DNA of 50,155 nt from a virus (taxonomy: Duplodnaviria > Caudoviricetes), in IMG/VR virus record IMGVR_UViG_3300040736_000076, positions 1 to 50,155 of that record; one strand, written 5' to 3'. This document shows, one piece after another, positions 18,950 to 27,831 of this stretch. Each line of letters opens with the position of its first letter. Within the stretch, counting starts at the first letter, position 1. The notes under the pieces were generated by a model that was not told the DNA's origin, did no database searches, and worked only from the letters and a program-made list of their open reading frames with translations. The translations under genes were made by a program, and so were the position numbers.

Positions 18950-19170
18950 CGGAAACAGATAAGAGAGAAATGGAATTACTGGAAAAGGACATAACCAATC
19001 GTCTTTTTGAGCTGGAAGCCCTTGCACAGGCAATGGAACTGCTCTTCAACGATTGCGACATCGATTACATGAAGAGTGAAAGGTTTGAGCCCGGCCTGCT
19101 GTTTGCCACGCAGAAGCGGCTTTACAATGACCTTCATACCCAGGTTCGGGAATTGATCGTCAAAAGGTAG
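18946..19170 (+). CDS. Hypothetical protein
   Basis: ATGA coupling, RBS. Confidence 0.6.
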   Translation: MTETDKREMELLEKDITNRLFELEALAQAMELLFNDCDIDYMKSERFEPGLLFATQKRLYNDLHTQVRELIVKR

Positions 19171-19188
19171 TTCTTGAGGAAAACCGAC

Positions 19189-19647
19189 ATGAAGACGGCT
19201 TCCATAACCAAAAATCAAATCAAGCTGGTGCACAGCCTGAAAAGCGCCCTTCAGCTCGATGATCCGACTTACCGGTCGATCCTTGACGAATGGTTCAAGG
19301 TGACTTCCTCGAAGGAACTTACCATGACCCAGGCTGAAGTGCTGATCCGTGAACTGAAAGACATAGCCGTGCGTGCCGGGGTATGGGAGCAGCGGCCCGC
19401 GCGTCAGAAGAAGTTTGACGAATGGGACGGCCGCCGGGGCAACATAGCCACGCCGCCGCAACTGAGAAAGATAGAGGCCATGTGGCAGGATGTGAGCCGG
19501 ATCGAGGAGCCGGAGTGCCGCAAGAAAGCCCTCCGGTCTTTCCTCGAACGGGTCGCCAAGGTTTCGGATCTCCGATTCCTGGATTTCGAGGGAGCGGGCA
19601 AGGTAATCAATGCCCTCAACTCGATGAGGAAGAGGAAGGCGGCCTGA
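19189..19647 (+). CDS. gemA: GemA/DUF1018 (Mu gp16-like) regulatory protein
   Basis: QIKLVH.LK..LQLDD.TYR.IL...SSKELT and QLRKIEAMW...ALRSF motifs. Confidence 0.85.
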   Translation: MKTASITKNQIKLVHSLKSALQLDDPTYRSILDEWFKVTSSKELTMTQAEVLIRELKDIAVRAGVWEQRPARQKKFDEWDGRRGNIATPPQLRKIEAMWQDVSRIEEPECRKKALRSFLERVAKVSDLRFLDFEGAGKVINALNSMRKRKAA

Positions 19648-19698
19648 CAGGGACGTCACACCAAGGCCCAGCAAAACAAACCATCGAAAGGAACGGAC

Positions 19699-20241
19699 AT
19701 GAGCGCTACTACCATGGATATCGAGGATAGCATCAAGTACTTCGACGCCGTAATAGGCTACGGCATGAAGATCACCAGTCTCTTAACGGCTGTATTTGCA
19801 CTTACCGAAAGCGAGGATGACTCCCTCAGGCATTACAACGAAGTGCAGACATTATTGGGGTTGTGTCTGGATTCGTCTAAGGAAGCGTCCATGCAGCACG
19901 ATGAATGCTATGGAGCCTTCAATAGCTTGCGATGGCGAATCATGAACAAACCGCAACCCGGCGACCAGATACCGGCGGAACTCGTTTCCGGGATCGTGCT
20001 ACATGCCATTGAGCCGACTGGAAACAAAGACTGGCAGTATCAGGCAACGGAAATCGGGAAGATGCTTCTCACTTACGCCGGGATTCACCAGGAACTTGCG
20101 CCTCTGGTAACCTCTTGGGTTAACTTCGTCCGGAAACATGGCGGTGACGCGCGGCTGCATCAACACAAGGACGGTACGCTTGAAGTGTGTTGGTACGGCT
20201 CTCTTGACGGTAGTGCACAAGCCAAGTCGGTCAACGGATAA
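19699..20241 (+). CDS. Hypothetical protein
   Basis: 180-aa ORF with RBS in the early operon. Confidence 0.6.
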   Translation: MSATTMDIEDSIKYFDAVIGYGMKITSLLTAVFALTESEDDSLRHYNEVQTLLGLCLDSSKEASMQHDECYGAFNSLRWRIMNKPQPGDQIPAELVSGIVLHAIEPTGNKDWQYQATEIGKMLLTYAGIHQELAPLVTSWVNFVRKHGGDARLHQHKDGTLEVCWYGSLDGSAQAKSVNG

Positions 20242-20266
20242 AAAGCTTTGCCCTGGAAGGCCGGAA

Positions 20267-20378
20267 CGCGAAATTTGCCCTGTGAGCCGCTTTTCTCGTC
20301 AAACAGTGTCCTACCTATGGGCCGGAAAGCGAAAAGCCGACACGCAAAAATTTAAAGATGGTTTTAATGCGGTTCCGG
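20267..20378 (+). promoter_or_regulatory. Central cis site homologous to the helper G-I intergenic region (candidate strong gyrase site)
   Basis: CGCGAAATTTGCCCTGT and AAAATTTAAAGATGGTTTWAATGCGGTTCCGG blocks shared with 48449-48559 at nearly the same spacing. Confidence 0.6.
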
Positions 20379-20435
20379 AGATGTGAAGTAACTGCCTGTT
20401 CGGGAAATTCAGGTCTGAAGCGTTTTGGAATGGAT

Positions 20436-20508
20436 TTGAGACTATGCGCAGCCGTCCCGACGCACGTCCTTTGCCCGACGGTTGAGGGGACGGCCCCGCC
20501 GGGCCAGC
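20436..20508 (-). ncRNA. Structured small RNA, copy of the element behind the helper MuF-toxin gene
   Basis: About 64/74 identity with 49199-49272, with one compensatory pair and G-U-preserving changes. Confidence 0.65.
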
Positions 20509-20520
20509 AAATAACTCCGA

Positions 20521-20601
20521 TAACGGCGGCGTGGAATCGAACCGCGCAACACGACGGCGCGCTGAAGCGCCCTCCGCTCTTCCTTTGAGACTTACGCCGT
20601 T
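20521..20601 (-). ncRNA. tRNA-like structure (non-canonical)
   Basis: 7-bp acceptor AACGGCG/CGCCGTT plus discriminator A, D-like CTC-AAAGGAA-GAG, GGCGC/GCGCC stem around TTCAGC, T-arm GGTTCGATTCC. Confidence 0.55.
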
Positions 20602-20619
20602 CTATTCAGAGACGGTTTT

Positions 20620-20648
20620 ACTATATCGAACACCGGCACGGAAGTAAA
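20620..20648 (-). promoter_or_regulatory. Sigma70 promoter driving the tRNA-like and small-RNA transcript
   Basis: TTTACT-17 bp-TATAGT, nearly the same hexamers as the helper promoter at 49160-49188. Confidence 0.65.
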
Positions 20649-20668
20649 GGACCCCGGAGAAAAACATC

Positions 20669-21331
20669 ATGCACCTTGCAGTCGCAACCACTGACATGGA
20701 CATTGAGACTTGGCTAGCCACGAACACAGCCTATTGCCTCCGCTATCAAGCCCGACTCTCAATGGCCGCCTGCGGGCAAAACCGGGGGCGATCCGGCGGC
20801 GATTGCCGTTGCGAAGGTTGCGGCGGGCTTTACGACCAGCCGCCGCCAGTTCTTGCATTAAGGCTGGTTTCCCCCGCCCGGTACGCAAACGAGAATGAAC
20901 CGGATAGGGCCATATTGCCGGTTGACGTTGAAGACCCACAGGGTGAGTTTCCAAACGCCGACCAAATTGAGGATGAAAGCGATACTCTTGCCTTGCTGGC
21001 TGATTTCGAGGTCGAGCTTGCCGAAGAACAGCTCGGAGACCTTTGTCCGGGGTTGTCAGGGGAAATCGGCGAACTGCTCGCTGAAGATACTGCCCAGATG
21101 GATGAAGAAGTCCTCTCGGAACGACGGGAAAAGAAACCTCGTCGCCGAAAAGTCGCCGTCTTCATGGGCCGCTGCCACAGGTGCAGCGGCTACATGGTGA
21201 ATGACAGAGAACGGCAGTTTGGTGAAACGGATGAAGAGCTTTACCGGTGCTTTTCATGTGGCTGGCGGATCTCGCCTATCTATGCCTTCAACCGGGCAAC
21301 TCCCGTCAAGGCACAGATAAAGGCGAAATGA
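20669..21331 (+). CDS. Cys-rich (Zn-binding) protein with acidic linker
   Basis: CxxC pairs CEGC, CHRC, CFSC. Confidence 0.7.
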   Translation: MHLAVATTDMDIETWLATNTAYCLRYQARLSMAACGQNRGRSGGDCRCEGCGGLYDQPPPVLALRLVSPARYANENEPDRAILPVDVEDPQGEFPNADQIEDESDTLALLADFEVELAEEQLGDLCPGLSGEIGELLAEDTAQMDEEVLSERREKKPRRRKVAVFMGRCHRCSGYMVNDRERQFGETDEELYRCFSCGWRISPIYAFNRATPVKAQIKAK

Positions 21332-21348
21332 TGATCAAGGGAGGGATT

Positions 21349-21693
21349 ATGAGCCGACGTGCGGGGAAGGGACTCTATCTGGAAGTGGCGAGGGTGATTG
21401 TCGAGACGCTGAAAGAGGCTGGTTTACAGCCTGCCGCCACGGTCAGACTGGCGACCGCCATCACCGCCTCAATATGCAGGAATTTTGCGGGCGCCTGCAT
21501 TTACTTTCCCCTCAACATCGCGGAGCAGCAAGCACGCAAGGCATCCGCGATAGTTGCCGAGTTCGACGGCCGGAATTACCGCGAACTGGCACTAAAACAT
21601 GACCTAACAGAAAATCAGGTCAGAAACCTGGTGAGGCGAGCAAATCCAGCCACTCTCAGGGATAACATCGGGACCTCTGGAGATGACGAATGA
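21349..21693 (+). CDS. Mor/C family transcription activator
   Basis: NFAGACIYFP...IVAEFDGRNYRELALKHDLTENQVRNLV. Confidence 0.88.
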   Translation: MSRRAGKGLYLEVARVIVETLKEAGLQPAATVRLATAITASICRNFAGACIYFPLNIAEQQARKASAIVAEFDGRNYRELALKHDLTENQVRNLVRRANPATLRDNIGTSGDDE

Positions 21694-22058
21694 AGTCCGC
21701 GAGCCTGGAGCAGGTCAATCAGATAGTCGGGCCTGATGCCTTTGCCTTACTCGAAGCCGTCTTCATGGGTTGCCAGCTCTATATTCCAACAGGGAAGGGC
21801 CGAGGGAAGTTTTACGATGACTTCGCGAAGGTCATCGGTTCAGAAAAAACCGCAACACTTATCACCCATCTTGGCGGCCGACTCGTGTATTTCAAGAAGC
21901 GCCAAACGGAACTTATCCGTGAGAAGCACGCCAGAATGGCTGCCGCCTACCACGGGGAGCCAATCAATGATTTTGCCAATGCAAACGGGGTCTCCAAAGT
22001 AACTGCCTACAAGATTCTGAAAAATGCCGGGATGACATGCCTGTCTTCCGGCTCGTAA
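21690..22058 (+). CDS. Mor/C-like regulator
   Basis: FMGCQLYIP and LGGRLVYF motifs plus a C-terminal HTH. Confidence 0.7.
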   Translation: MKSASLEQVNQIVGPDAFALLEAVFMGCQLYIPTGKGRGKFYDDFAKVIGSEKTATLITHLGGRLVYFKKRQTELIREKHARMAAAYHGEPINDFANANGVSKVTAYKILKNAGMTCLSSGS

Positions 22059-22101
22059 TGCTTATTCACTCTGGCTTGATACTGAGATACGAGGGGTAAA
22101 T

Positions 22102-25100
22102 ATGAGTACAGACAAGGTCCAAATCATCATTGAAGCAAAAGATAACGCATCGGCCGCGATCAAGGCTATCGAGTCGGCCTTCCAGGCCATGGGCATATCG
22201 GGCAAGATTGTAGCCAACAGCCTCGACAACTCTTTCTCCGCCCTCTCCGGCGCTTTCAAGACCCTCAATCTTCGGTCCGCGTTCGATATCGAAAAACAGA
22301 GAGCAAGCCTTATAGCTGCTTTTGAACAGATCAAAACTTCCGGAATTATTTCAGCCACGGAAATAAAACGGGCTCACCAGGCATTGAAAGAACAGCTCAC
22401 GGGCCTGGATAAGGAACTGAAAGGGACCGGCAACAGTTTCCTGTCGTTAAAGGGCGCGGTCGGCTCTGTGGGCGCATCACTTGCCGGCATGGGCTTCGTC
22501 GCGATGGGTAAGGAGTGTGTAGACGCCTCGCTAAAAATGACCAAGTTGAAAAGCACCTTGGAGGCCGTCTCCGGCGCTGATGCTGGTAAAGAGATCGATT
22601 TCCTGCGAACAGAGGTAAACCGCCTGGGCCTCGATCTGTCGAGCACGGCTGATTCATACGGCAAGTTCGCCGCCGCCACCAAGAATACCAGCATTGAGGG
22701 CGAAAAGGCCCGAAAGGTATTCGTCGGAGTGGCGGAAGCCGCTACTGCTCTTCATTTGTCAGCGGACGATACAAACGGCATTCTGCTCGCCCTCCAACAA
22801 ATGATGAGCAAGGGAAAAGTAAGCGCGGAGGAACTCAATCAGCAATTGGGAGAACGGCTTCCCGGCGCCTTGAAGCTCGCCGCCGACTCAATGGGAATCA
22901 CCACCTCAGAACTGATGAAACAGATGGGAAACGGCCAGGTCATGGCCGACGATCTGCTTCCCCGCCTTGCTGAAATGCTGCATCTGACCTATGGAGATGC
23001 AGCGGTGAAGGCCGCTCAGGAAGGGCAGGCCGCCATCAATCGGCTGAACAATGAAATACTGGAATCAAAGGCCCAGGTGGGGAAATCACTTCTTCCTGCG
23101 TATACCGCTGCATTGCAGGGCACAAGCACCCTTGCGCAAGGTGTCGCCGTCCTGGTTGAAAAGTACAGGCAATTGACGGCCGCCGCAGTCGGATATTACC
23201 ACGCCAAATATACCGTCACAGACGCCTCGCTCTCCCTGTCCGAACGCATTGCCAAGCTCAAGGAGATCAGGGACCGGGTAATCGAAATCTGGAAAGACAT
23301 AGATTCCGAAGGAGCCAAGAGCACCGGGAATATGGTCCAGGATGCCCTGAAGCGCGCCAACATCGCCATAGAGAGCGGAAAATCAGTTGCGAAGATTGAG
23401 ACGGACCTGACCAAAAAGACGAAAGAGGAATACGAAGAGAGAAAGGGCGCGATCGAGGGATACTGGTCAAAAGCCATGGCGCTGGTCGCGAAAGGGAGCG
23501 ATGAATACCGGCGAATGGAAGAAGGCAGGAAGCGGGAGCTGCTACAGCTTGAAGAACAGTATTCAAAAAAGTCCCTTGCGGCTCAACGTTCAGCCGAGGA
23601 GGGAAAGCTGAAGGATGCCGTTAAGTTCGCGAAGGCTTCAGGGGACCTGGACCGTCAGCTTGTGGCTGAGTATCAACAGAAATACGAAAAGAAGAAAGCG
23701 GCCATTGAAGACCATTACGCCGAGGAATTGAAAAGCACCCAGAAGGGCGCCGCCGCATACATTCTCCTGGAAAAAAATAAAAACGAGGCGCTCCAGGAGC
23801 TGGAAAGAAAACACAAGGAAGATTCGAAATTCATCGAGCTCGATAAGATCGAGATATCGCTGGAGAACAAAAAGAAAGAGACCAAGGGCCTAATCGACCT
23901 GATAAAGGAACAGGTCAATCAGGAAGCCATCACAGAGCAGGCCGGACGGACAAGAATCATAAATCTGGAACTCGAAGATGCAACGAAACTCTACGAAGTC
24001 AAAAAACAGCGCTTCGAGTTGGTTTCAGGCCTGTATGACAAGGAATCGGAAGAATATAAAACCGCCCTTGCTGCGATGAGCCAGGCACATGCGCTGTTTA
24101 CCAACAAGCAGACCGAACAGCGCAAACAGTCACACGAAAACGAGAAAATCAACCTCGAAAAATCCTCCCTCGATTACCAGCTCGAACTTAAAAAGCGCCT
24201 GGACTGGCTGAAGGACAGCGAGCGGGACGGGAGCATCACCCATCAGCAAGCCGCCCGCGACAAGCTGGAGGCTGAAAAGAATTACCTGGCGCAGGTGGCG
24301 GAACTCAGGCGGCGGGAACTGGCGGCCGCTCCGCCCGACACGGTGGAATACAAGCAGGCTCTGGCAGCGAAGTACCAGGCGGACAGGGAATACGCCGAAG
24401 CAAAACGGGCGCTGGACGACCAGATCAACGCCGAGAACATCGGCAGGTATGAAAGCGAGGCGGCGGAAGCCGAGAAGACCTCGAAAAAAGAGCAAGAATC
24501 GTTCCGCTCTTTTGCACAATGGTTTTACGCTCAATGGGACGCGATAACGAACAAGGTGGTCGCGCTCGGCCCGAAGGTGGCGGCGGCGTTCGGCGTATCG
24601 GTCAAACAGGCCGCGCTGGATACCGTGGAGGGGCTCCGTGCCAAACTGGAAGAGGTCGCGGCGGCGGTCCGCAAGGCGGACGAGGCGAGCCGGGACTGGT
24701 TCCAGTTCGGGAGGTTATTGGGCGAGCACGCCGAAAAGGCGGAGCAGCTCACCTACCGCTACTACTCCCAGCGCCTGGCCGTGGCCGAACTGACCGAACA
24801 GCTGAAAAAGATGGGGCTGGCCACCGACTGGCAGGTACAGCGCGCGAACAGCCTGATTAAGGAGATGGACCTCCTGAACGACTCGGACCTGGACGATGTC
24901 AGGAGCGAGGTGGACCGCCTCACGGAATCCCTGAAAGAAGCGCAAGAGCAGGCCGAGGACACGGTGGACAGCCTCCGCGACGAGCTGGACGAGATGTTGG
25001 GCAACAAGACCGCCATCGAGGAGCGCGATTACGAGGCAAAGAAGGACGAACTGCTCGCCAAGCTGGACGACGCCCGGAAGGCGGGAGACATGGCCATTAC

Positions 25101-25647
25101 ACAGGAATATCAGGAGGCGCTCACTCTCCTGGAGGAGATCCACAAGCGGAAGATGGCCAACATAAAGGAAGAGGCTGCCGCTGCCAAGGCCGCTAGGGAA
25201 GCGACTTCCGCTTCGACTTCATCTCCCCTTCCCGGCTTCGCCAGGGGTGGACAACTCCCAGGCGACAGCCCGGTCGATAGCATTCACGTAATGGCGCGAC
25301 CCGGAGAATGGTTTATCAACAATGAGGCTGTGAAGTTCTGGGATACGAAGATCGGACGAGGTTTCATGGCGGCAATCAATGAGCCATGGAGCAGGGCGGG
25401 CCATCAAATCCAGGAACGTCTTACAAGCGCCGGCAGTAATTTTTTCTCAGGTGTTATTCATCTTCCTGTACCAAAGAGCTCATTTGCCACGGGCGGGCAA
25501 GTTGCTGATGCTTTCAGAGCCTCGCCTGATAACGGCAGCCGCCCCATTCAGATTACGAACTATTTTTCGGTTCAGGAGTTAAATGAAAGGACCGTGCGCA
25601 GAGAGGTGATACCGGTTTTAGAGAAGTGTGCACGGTTGAAAAGATAA
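22102..25647 (+). CDS. Tail tape measure protein (1181 aa)
   Basis: ALQQMMSKGKVSAEELNQQLGERLPGA tape-measure domain, long coiled coil, GFARGG/RPGEW C-terminal motif. Confidence 0.92.
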   Translation: MSTDKVQIIIEAKDNASAAIKAIESAFQAMGISGKIVANSLDNSFSALSGAFKTLNLRSAFDIEKQRASLIAAFEQIKTSGIISATEIKRAHQALKEQLTGLDKELKGTGNSFLSLKGAVGSVGASLAGMGFVAMGKECVDASLKMTKLKSTLEAVSGADAGKEIDFLRTEVNRLGLDLSSTADSYGKFAAATKNTSIEGEKARKVFVGVAEAATALHLSADDTNGILLALQQMMSKGKVSAEELNQQLGERLPGALKLAADSMGITTSELMKQMGNGQVMADDLLPRLAEMLHLTYGDAAVKAAQEGQAAINRLNNEILESKAQVGKSLLPAYTAALQGTSTLAQGVAVLVEKYRQLTAAAVGYYHAKYTVTDASLSLSERIAKLKEIRDRVIEIWKDIDSEGAKSTGNMVQDALKRANIAIESGKSVAKIETDLTKKTKEEYEERKGAIEGYWSKAMALVAKGSDEYRRMEEGRKRELLQLEEQYSKKSLAAQRSAEEGKLKDAVKFAKASGDLDRQLVAEYQQKYEKKKAAIEDHYAEELKSTQKGAAAYILLEKNKNEALQELERKHKEDSKFIELDKIEISLENKKKETKGLIDLIKEQVNQEAITEQAGRTRIINLELEDATKLYEVKKQRFELVSGLYDKESEEYKTALAAMSQAHALFTNKQTEQRKQSHENEKINLEKSSLDYQLELKKRLDWLKDSERDGSITHQQAARDKLEAEKNYLAQVAELRRRELAAAPPDTVEYKQALAAKYQADREYAEAKRALDDQINAENIGRYESEAAEAEKTSKKEQESFRSFAQWFYAQWDAITNKVVALGPKVAAAFGVSVKQAALDTVEGLRAKLEEVAAAVRKADEASRDWFQFGRLLGEHAEKAEQLTYRYYSQRLAVAELTEQLKKMGLATDWQVQRANSLIKEMDLLNDSDLDDVRSEVDRLTESLKEAQEQAEDTVDSLRDELDEMLGNKTAIEERDYEAKKDELLAKLDDARKAGDMAITQEYQEALTLLEEIHKRKMANIKEEAAAAKAAREATSASTSSPLPGFARGGQLPGDSPVDSIHVMARPGEWFINNEAVKFWDTKIGRGFMAAINEPWSRAGHQIQERLTSAGSNFFSGVIHLPVPKSSFATGGQVADAFRASPDNGSRPIQITNYFSVQELNERTVRREVIPVLEKCARLKR

Positions 25648-25686
25648 AAAGGTTCAGCCCCGAAGTAACGGATAAGGAGGATATCG

Positions 25687-25896
25687 ATGAATATCTTTGA
25701 ACGGTTTGGAATGGCGGCCGGAAACAGGAAACTGAGCGACGTAGAACTCGATAGGTTTGCCGGAAACGTCTCAAGGATGATGATGGCACATCAAAAGACC
25801 GCGGAGACGTATATCAGATTTGCGGAATCTACCGAAAAGGCAACCGGAAACCGGGATAGCCCCTTGATACCCGCTGATTTGGCACGTCACGTATAG
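25687..25896 (+). CDS. Small hypothetical protein
   Basis: Strong RBS TAAGGAGG. Confidence 0.6.
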   Translation: MNIFERFGMAAGNRKLSDVELDRFAGNVSRMMMAHQKTAETYIRFAESTEKATGNRDSPLIPADLARHV

Positions 25897-25951
25897 AACC
25901 ATTAACCGCGCTGGATGACTACCCGGCAGCCAGCAAAAAGGAGACTCAAAA

Positions 25952-27055
25952 ATGGGAAAACAGACTGCAAAAAAGGTTGATATCGGTACCGAGGAACGAC
26001 TTGCCAAAAGGGACGAAGCACATTCGATGCTTGCCGATCTGCGCGGCACGATTGCCGACGCCTTCAAGGTGCATAAGGAAAAGCAACAGGCACTTGACGC
26101 AGCAGACAAAGCTTTGGAACTTTTTTGTAGAGAGGGCGGTATTGAACAGAAGAGGCGATGTCTCCGCGTAGACGCTTCAAGCCGCATTGACTTAAGTTTC
26201 ACTTTTTCAACGGATCACCTTGAGACTCAGGAAAAGGAAAGGTTCGAGCAACTCAAAACGAAGGTTGAAATCGCGGCGAAAGAGGCGGGGGAGGCCGAGG
26301 CCAGGCTTGAGGAGCTGCAAGAAGAAGAAAAAGCGATCATAGCCGAAGTGTTTGACCTGGACACCGCCGTTGAAGAAACCATTCTGTTCCGGACGAGGCT
26401 TTCCGATGCAGCCCAGAAAGTAACTCAGCTTCAGGAACAGATAGCCCTTCAGGAAGAGGTGTCCGATAAGACCCGTTCCGGGCTGCCGTCACTGGACAAG
26501 TTGAACCGGAAACGGGAAGACCTCCTCGCGGAGATCGCGACCGGGAACGCCACTGAATGTCAACTTTCAGAACTTGATACCCTGATCGAATCCGAAAAGA
26601 AAAGGGTCTCTGTCGCTCTGGAAGACGCTGAAACGACAATCGAGCATGCGCGGCAAACCATAGCCGGACTGAACCGTAAACTTACAGAGGCGGAAGATGA
26701 TTTGGCAACGCTGGAACTGAGGGATAAGGCAGTCATCTCCCGTTTCTTGAGAGTTGAAGCCGAAAAGGCCGGAAGCGATTACGCGCGGCTTGCCGGTGAG
26801 CTTGTCGGCAAGTTCAGGCGCCTGGTAGCCCTGGGCAGAATCATGTCCGCCAGAGGTTTTACCTCGATTGGAGAAGACAATCTTCATCAGTTTACAATCC
26901 CCCGCTTCATGCTTAACGCCCATGATCTACCGGGTGTTGAAGGGTGGTACTTCGACGGGGGCCCGGTATTGCAACACCTTCAGCGGAGAGGTATCAACGA
27001 GAATGATATGGCCGCCGAGACGGAGCGGATCGCCCGCATGGGGATCACTATCTGA
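25952..27055 (+). CDS. Coiled-coil hypothetical protein (367 aa)
   Basis: RBS AAGGAG, E/K/A/L-rich heptads. Confidence 0.75.
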   Translation: MGKQTAKKVDIGTEERLAKRDEAHSMLADLRGTIADAFKVHKEKQQALDAADKALELFCREGGIEQKRRCLRVDASSRIDLSFTFSTDHLETQEKERFEQLKTKVEIAAKEAGEAEARLEELQEEEKAIIAEVFDLDTAVEETILFRTRLSDAAQKVTQLQEQIALQEEVSDKTRSGLPSLDKLNRKREDLLAEIATGNATECQLSELDTLIESEKKRVSVALEDAETTIEHARQTIAGLNRKLTEAEDDLATLELRDKAVISRFLRVEAEKAGSDYARLAGELVGKFRRLVALGRIMSARGFTSIGEDNLHQFTIPRFMLNAHDLPGVEGWYFDGGPVLQHLQRRGINENDMAAETERIARMGITI

Positions 27056-27252
27056 TTTACCGTGGCATGTGCCTGGACAAGGCGGACCAGCAGGCGCATA
27101 CCCCGTTTCCGGCGTGAGCTGTCGCCGGGCCACCTCCTTTATGGGCTGCCAGGGGCTACCCTTGAGAGACCCCGGCCACGCGCCGCTAATCAAGGGAATA
27201 AAGGCCGGTTATGATGTCCATAATCGGCCTTTACACTATGGAGAGTCGGCAT

Positions 27253-27831
27253 ATGGGTAAATGCAATCAAACGAAACTTCCGGAGCGACGCGCCTCTTTT
27301 ACTGAAGTTCGGGCAAAGATGATCGTCGCCATTGGAGAAGAGTCGGCAGGTAAACTCATGAATACTTTTGCCGGTCAAATGCTGTATCTTTCGCCTTCCG
27401 GCGGTGGTAAGGATGCTGAGAAAATAATCAAGGTTATTGGTCTAGATGCGGCTGTGCGTCTCTTCTCTACTTGCGGCAACAATTATGTCTATTTTCCCAA
27501 ATGGAGCCATATCATAACCCGCGAATGGCACAAAGCCGTTGTGGATGCCTATGAAGGGCAGGATCTTTGTGAATACGCCCGCGATTGTGGTAGCAGCACG
27601 GTAACTCTCAGAAAAATACTGAAACGTCACGGCAAGAAACCGACATGTACGAAACGAGAAAGGAACCGGCAAGAGGTCAAAGCGCTTCTCTCTGAGCTGA
27701 CGGCAGCCTATCAAGGCGGACCGGTGAGGGCATTTGCGAAGGAAATGGGCGTCTCCTACACATACGCGAAAATGGCTGTTGCTTTAGCAAGGGGCGAGGA
27801 ACAGAAAGGAGATGTTGAGCGGGGATCGTGA
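27253..27831 (+). CDS. Mor/C-like regulator with duplicated HTH
   Basis: FAGQMLYL and GNNYVYFPK motifs, two AYxG-HTH units, paralogous to 21690-22058. Confidence 0.65.
   Translation: MGKCNQTKLPERRASFTEVRAKMIVAIGEESAGKLMNTFAGQMLYLSPSGGGKDAEKIIKVIGLDAAVRLFSTCGNNYVYFPKWSHIITREWHKAVVDAYEGQDLCEYARDCGSSTVTLRKILKRHGKKPTCTKRERNRQEVKALLSELTAAYQGGPVRAFAKEMGVSYTYAKMAVALARGEEQKGDVERGS

Noticed and set aside
20358-20588. 76-aa ORF over the satellite central region
   Set aside because: No RBS or motif. The region is better explained by the conserved non-coding modules.
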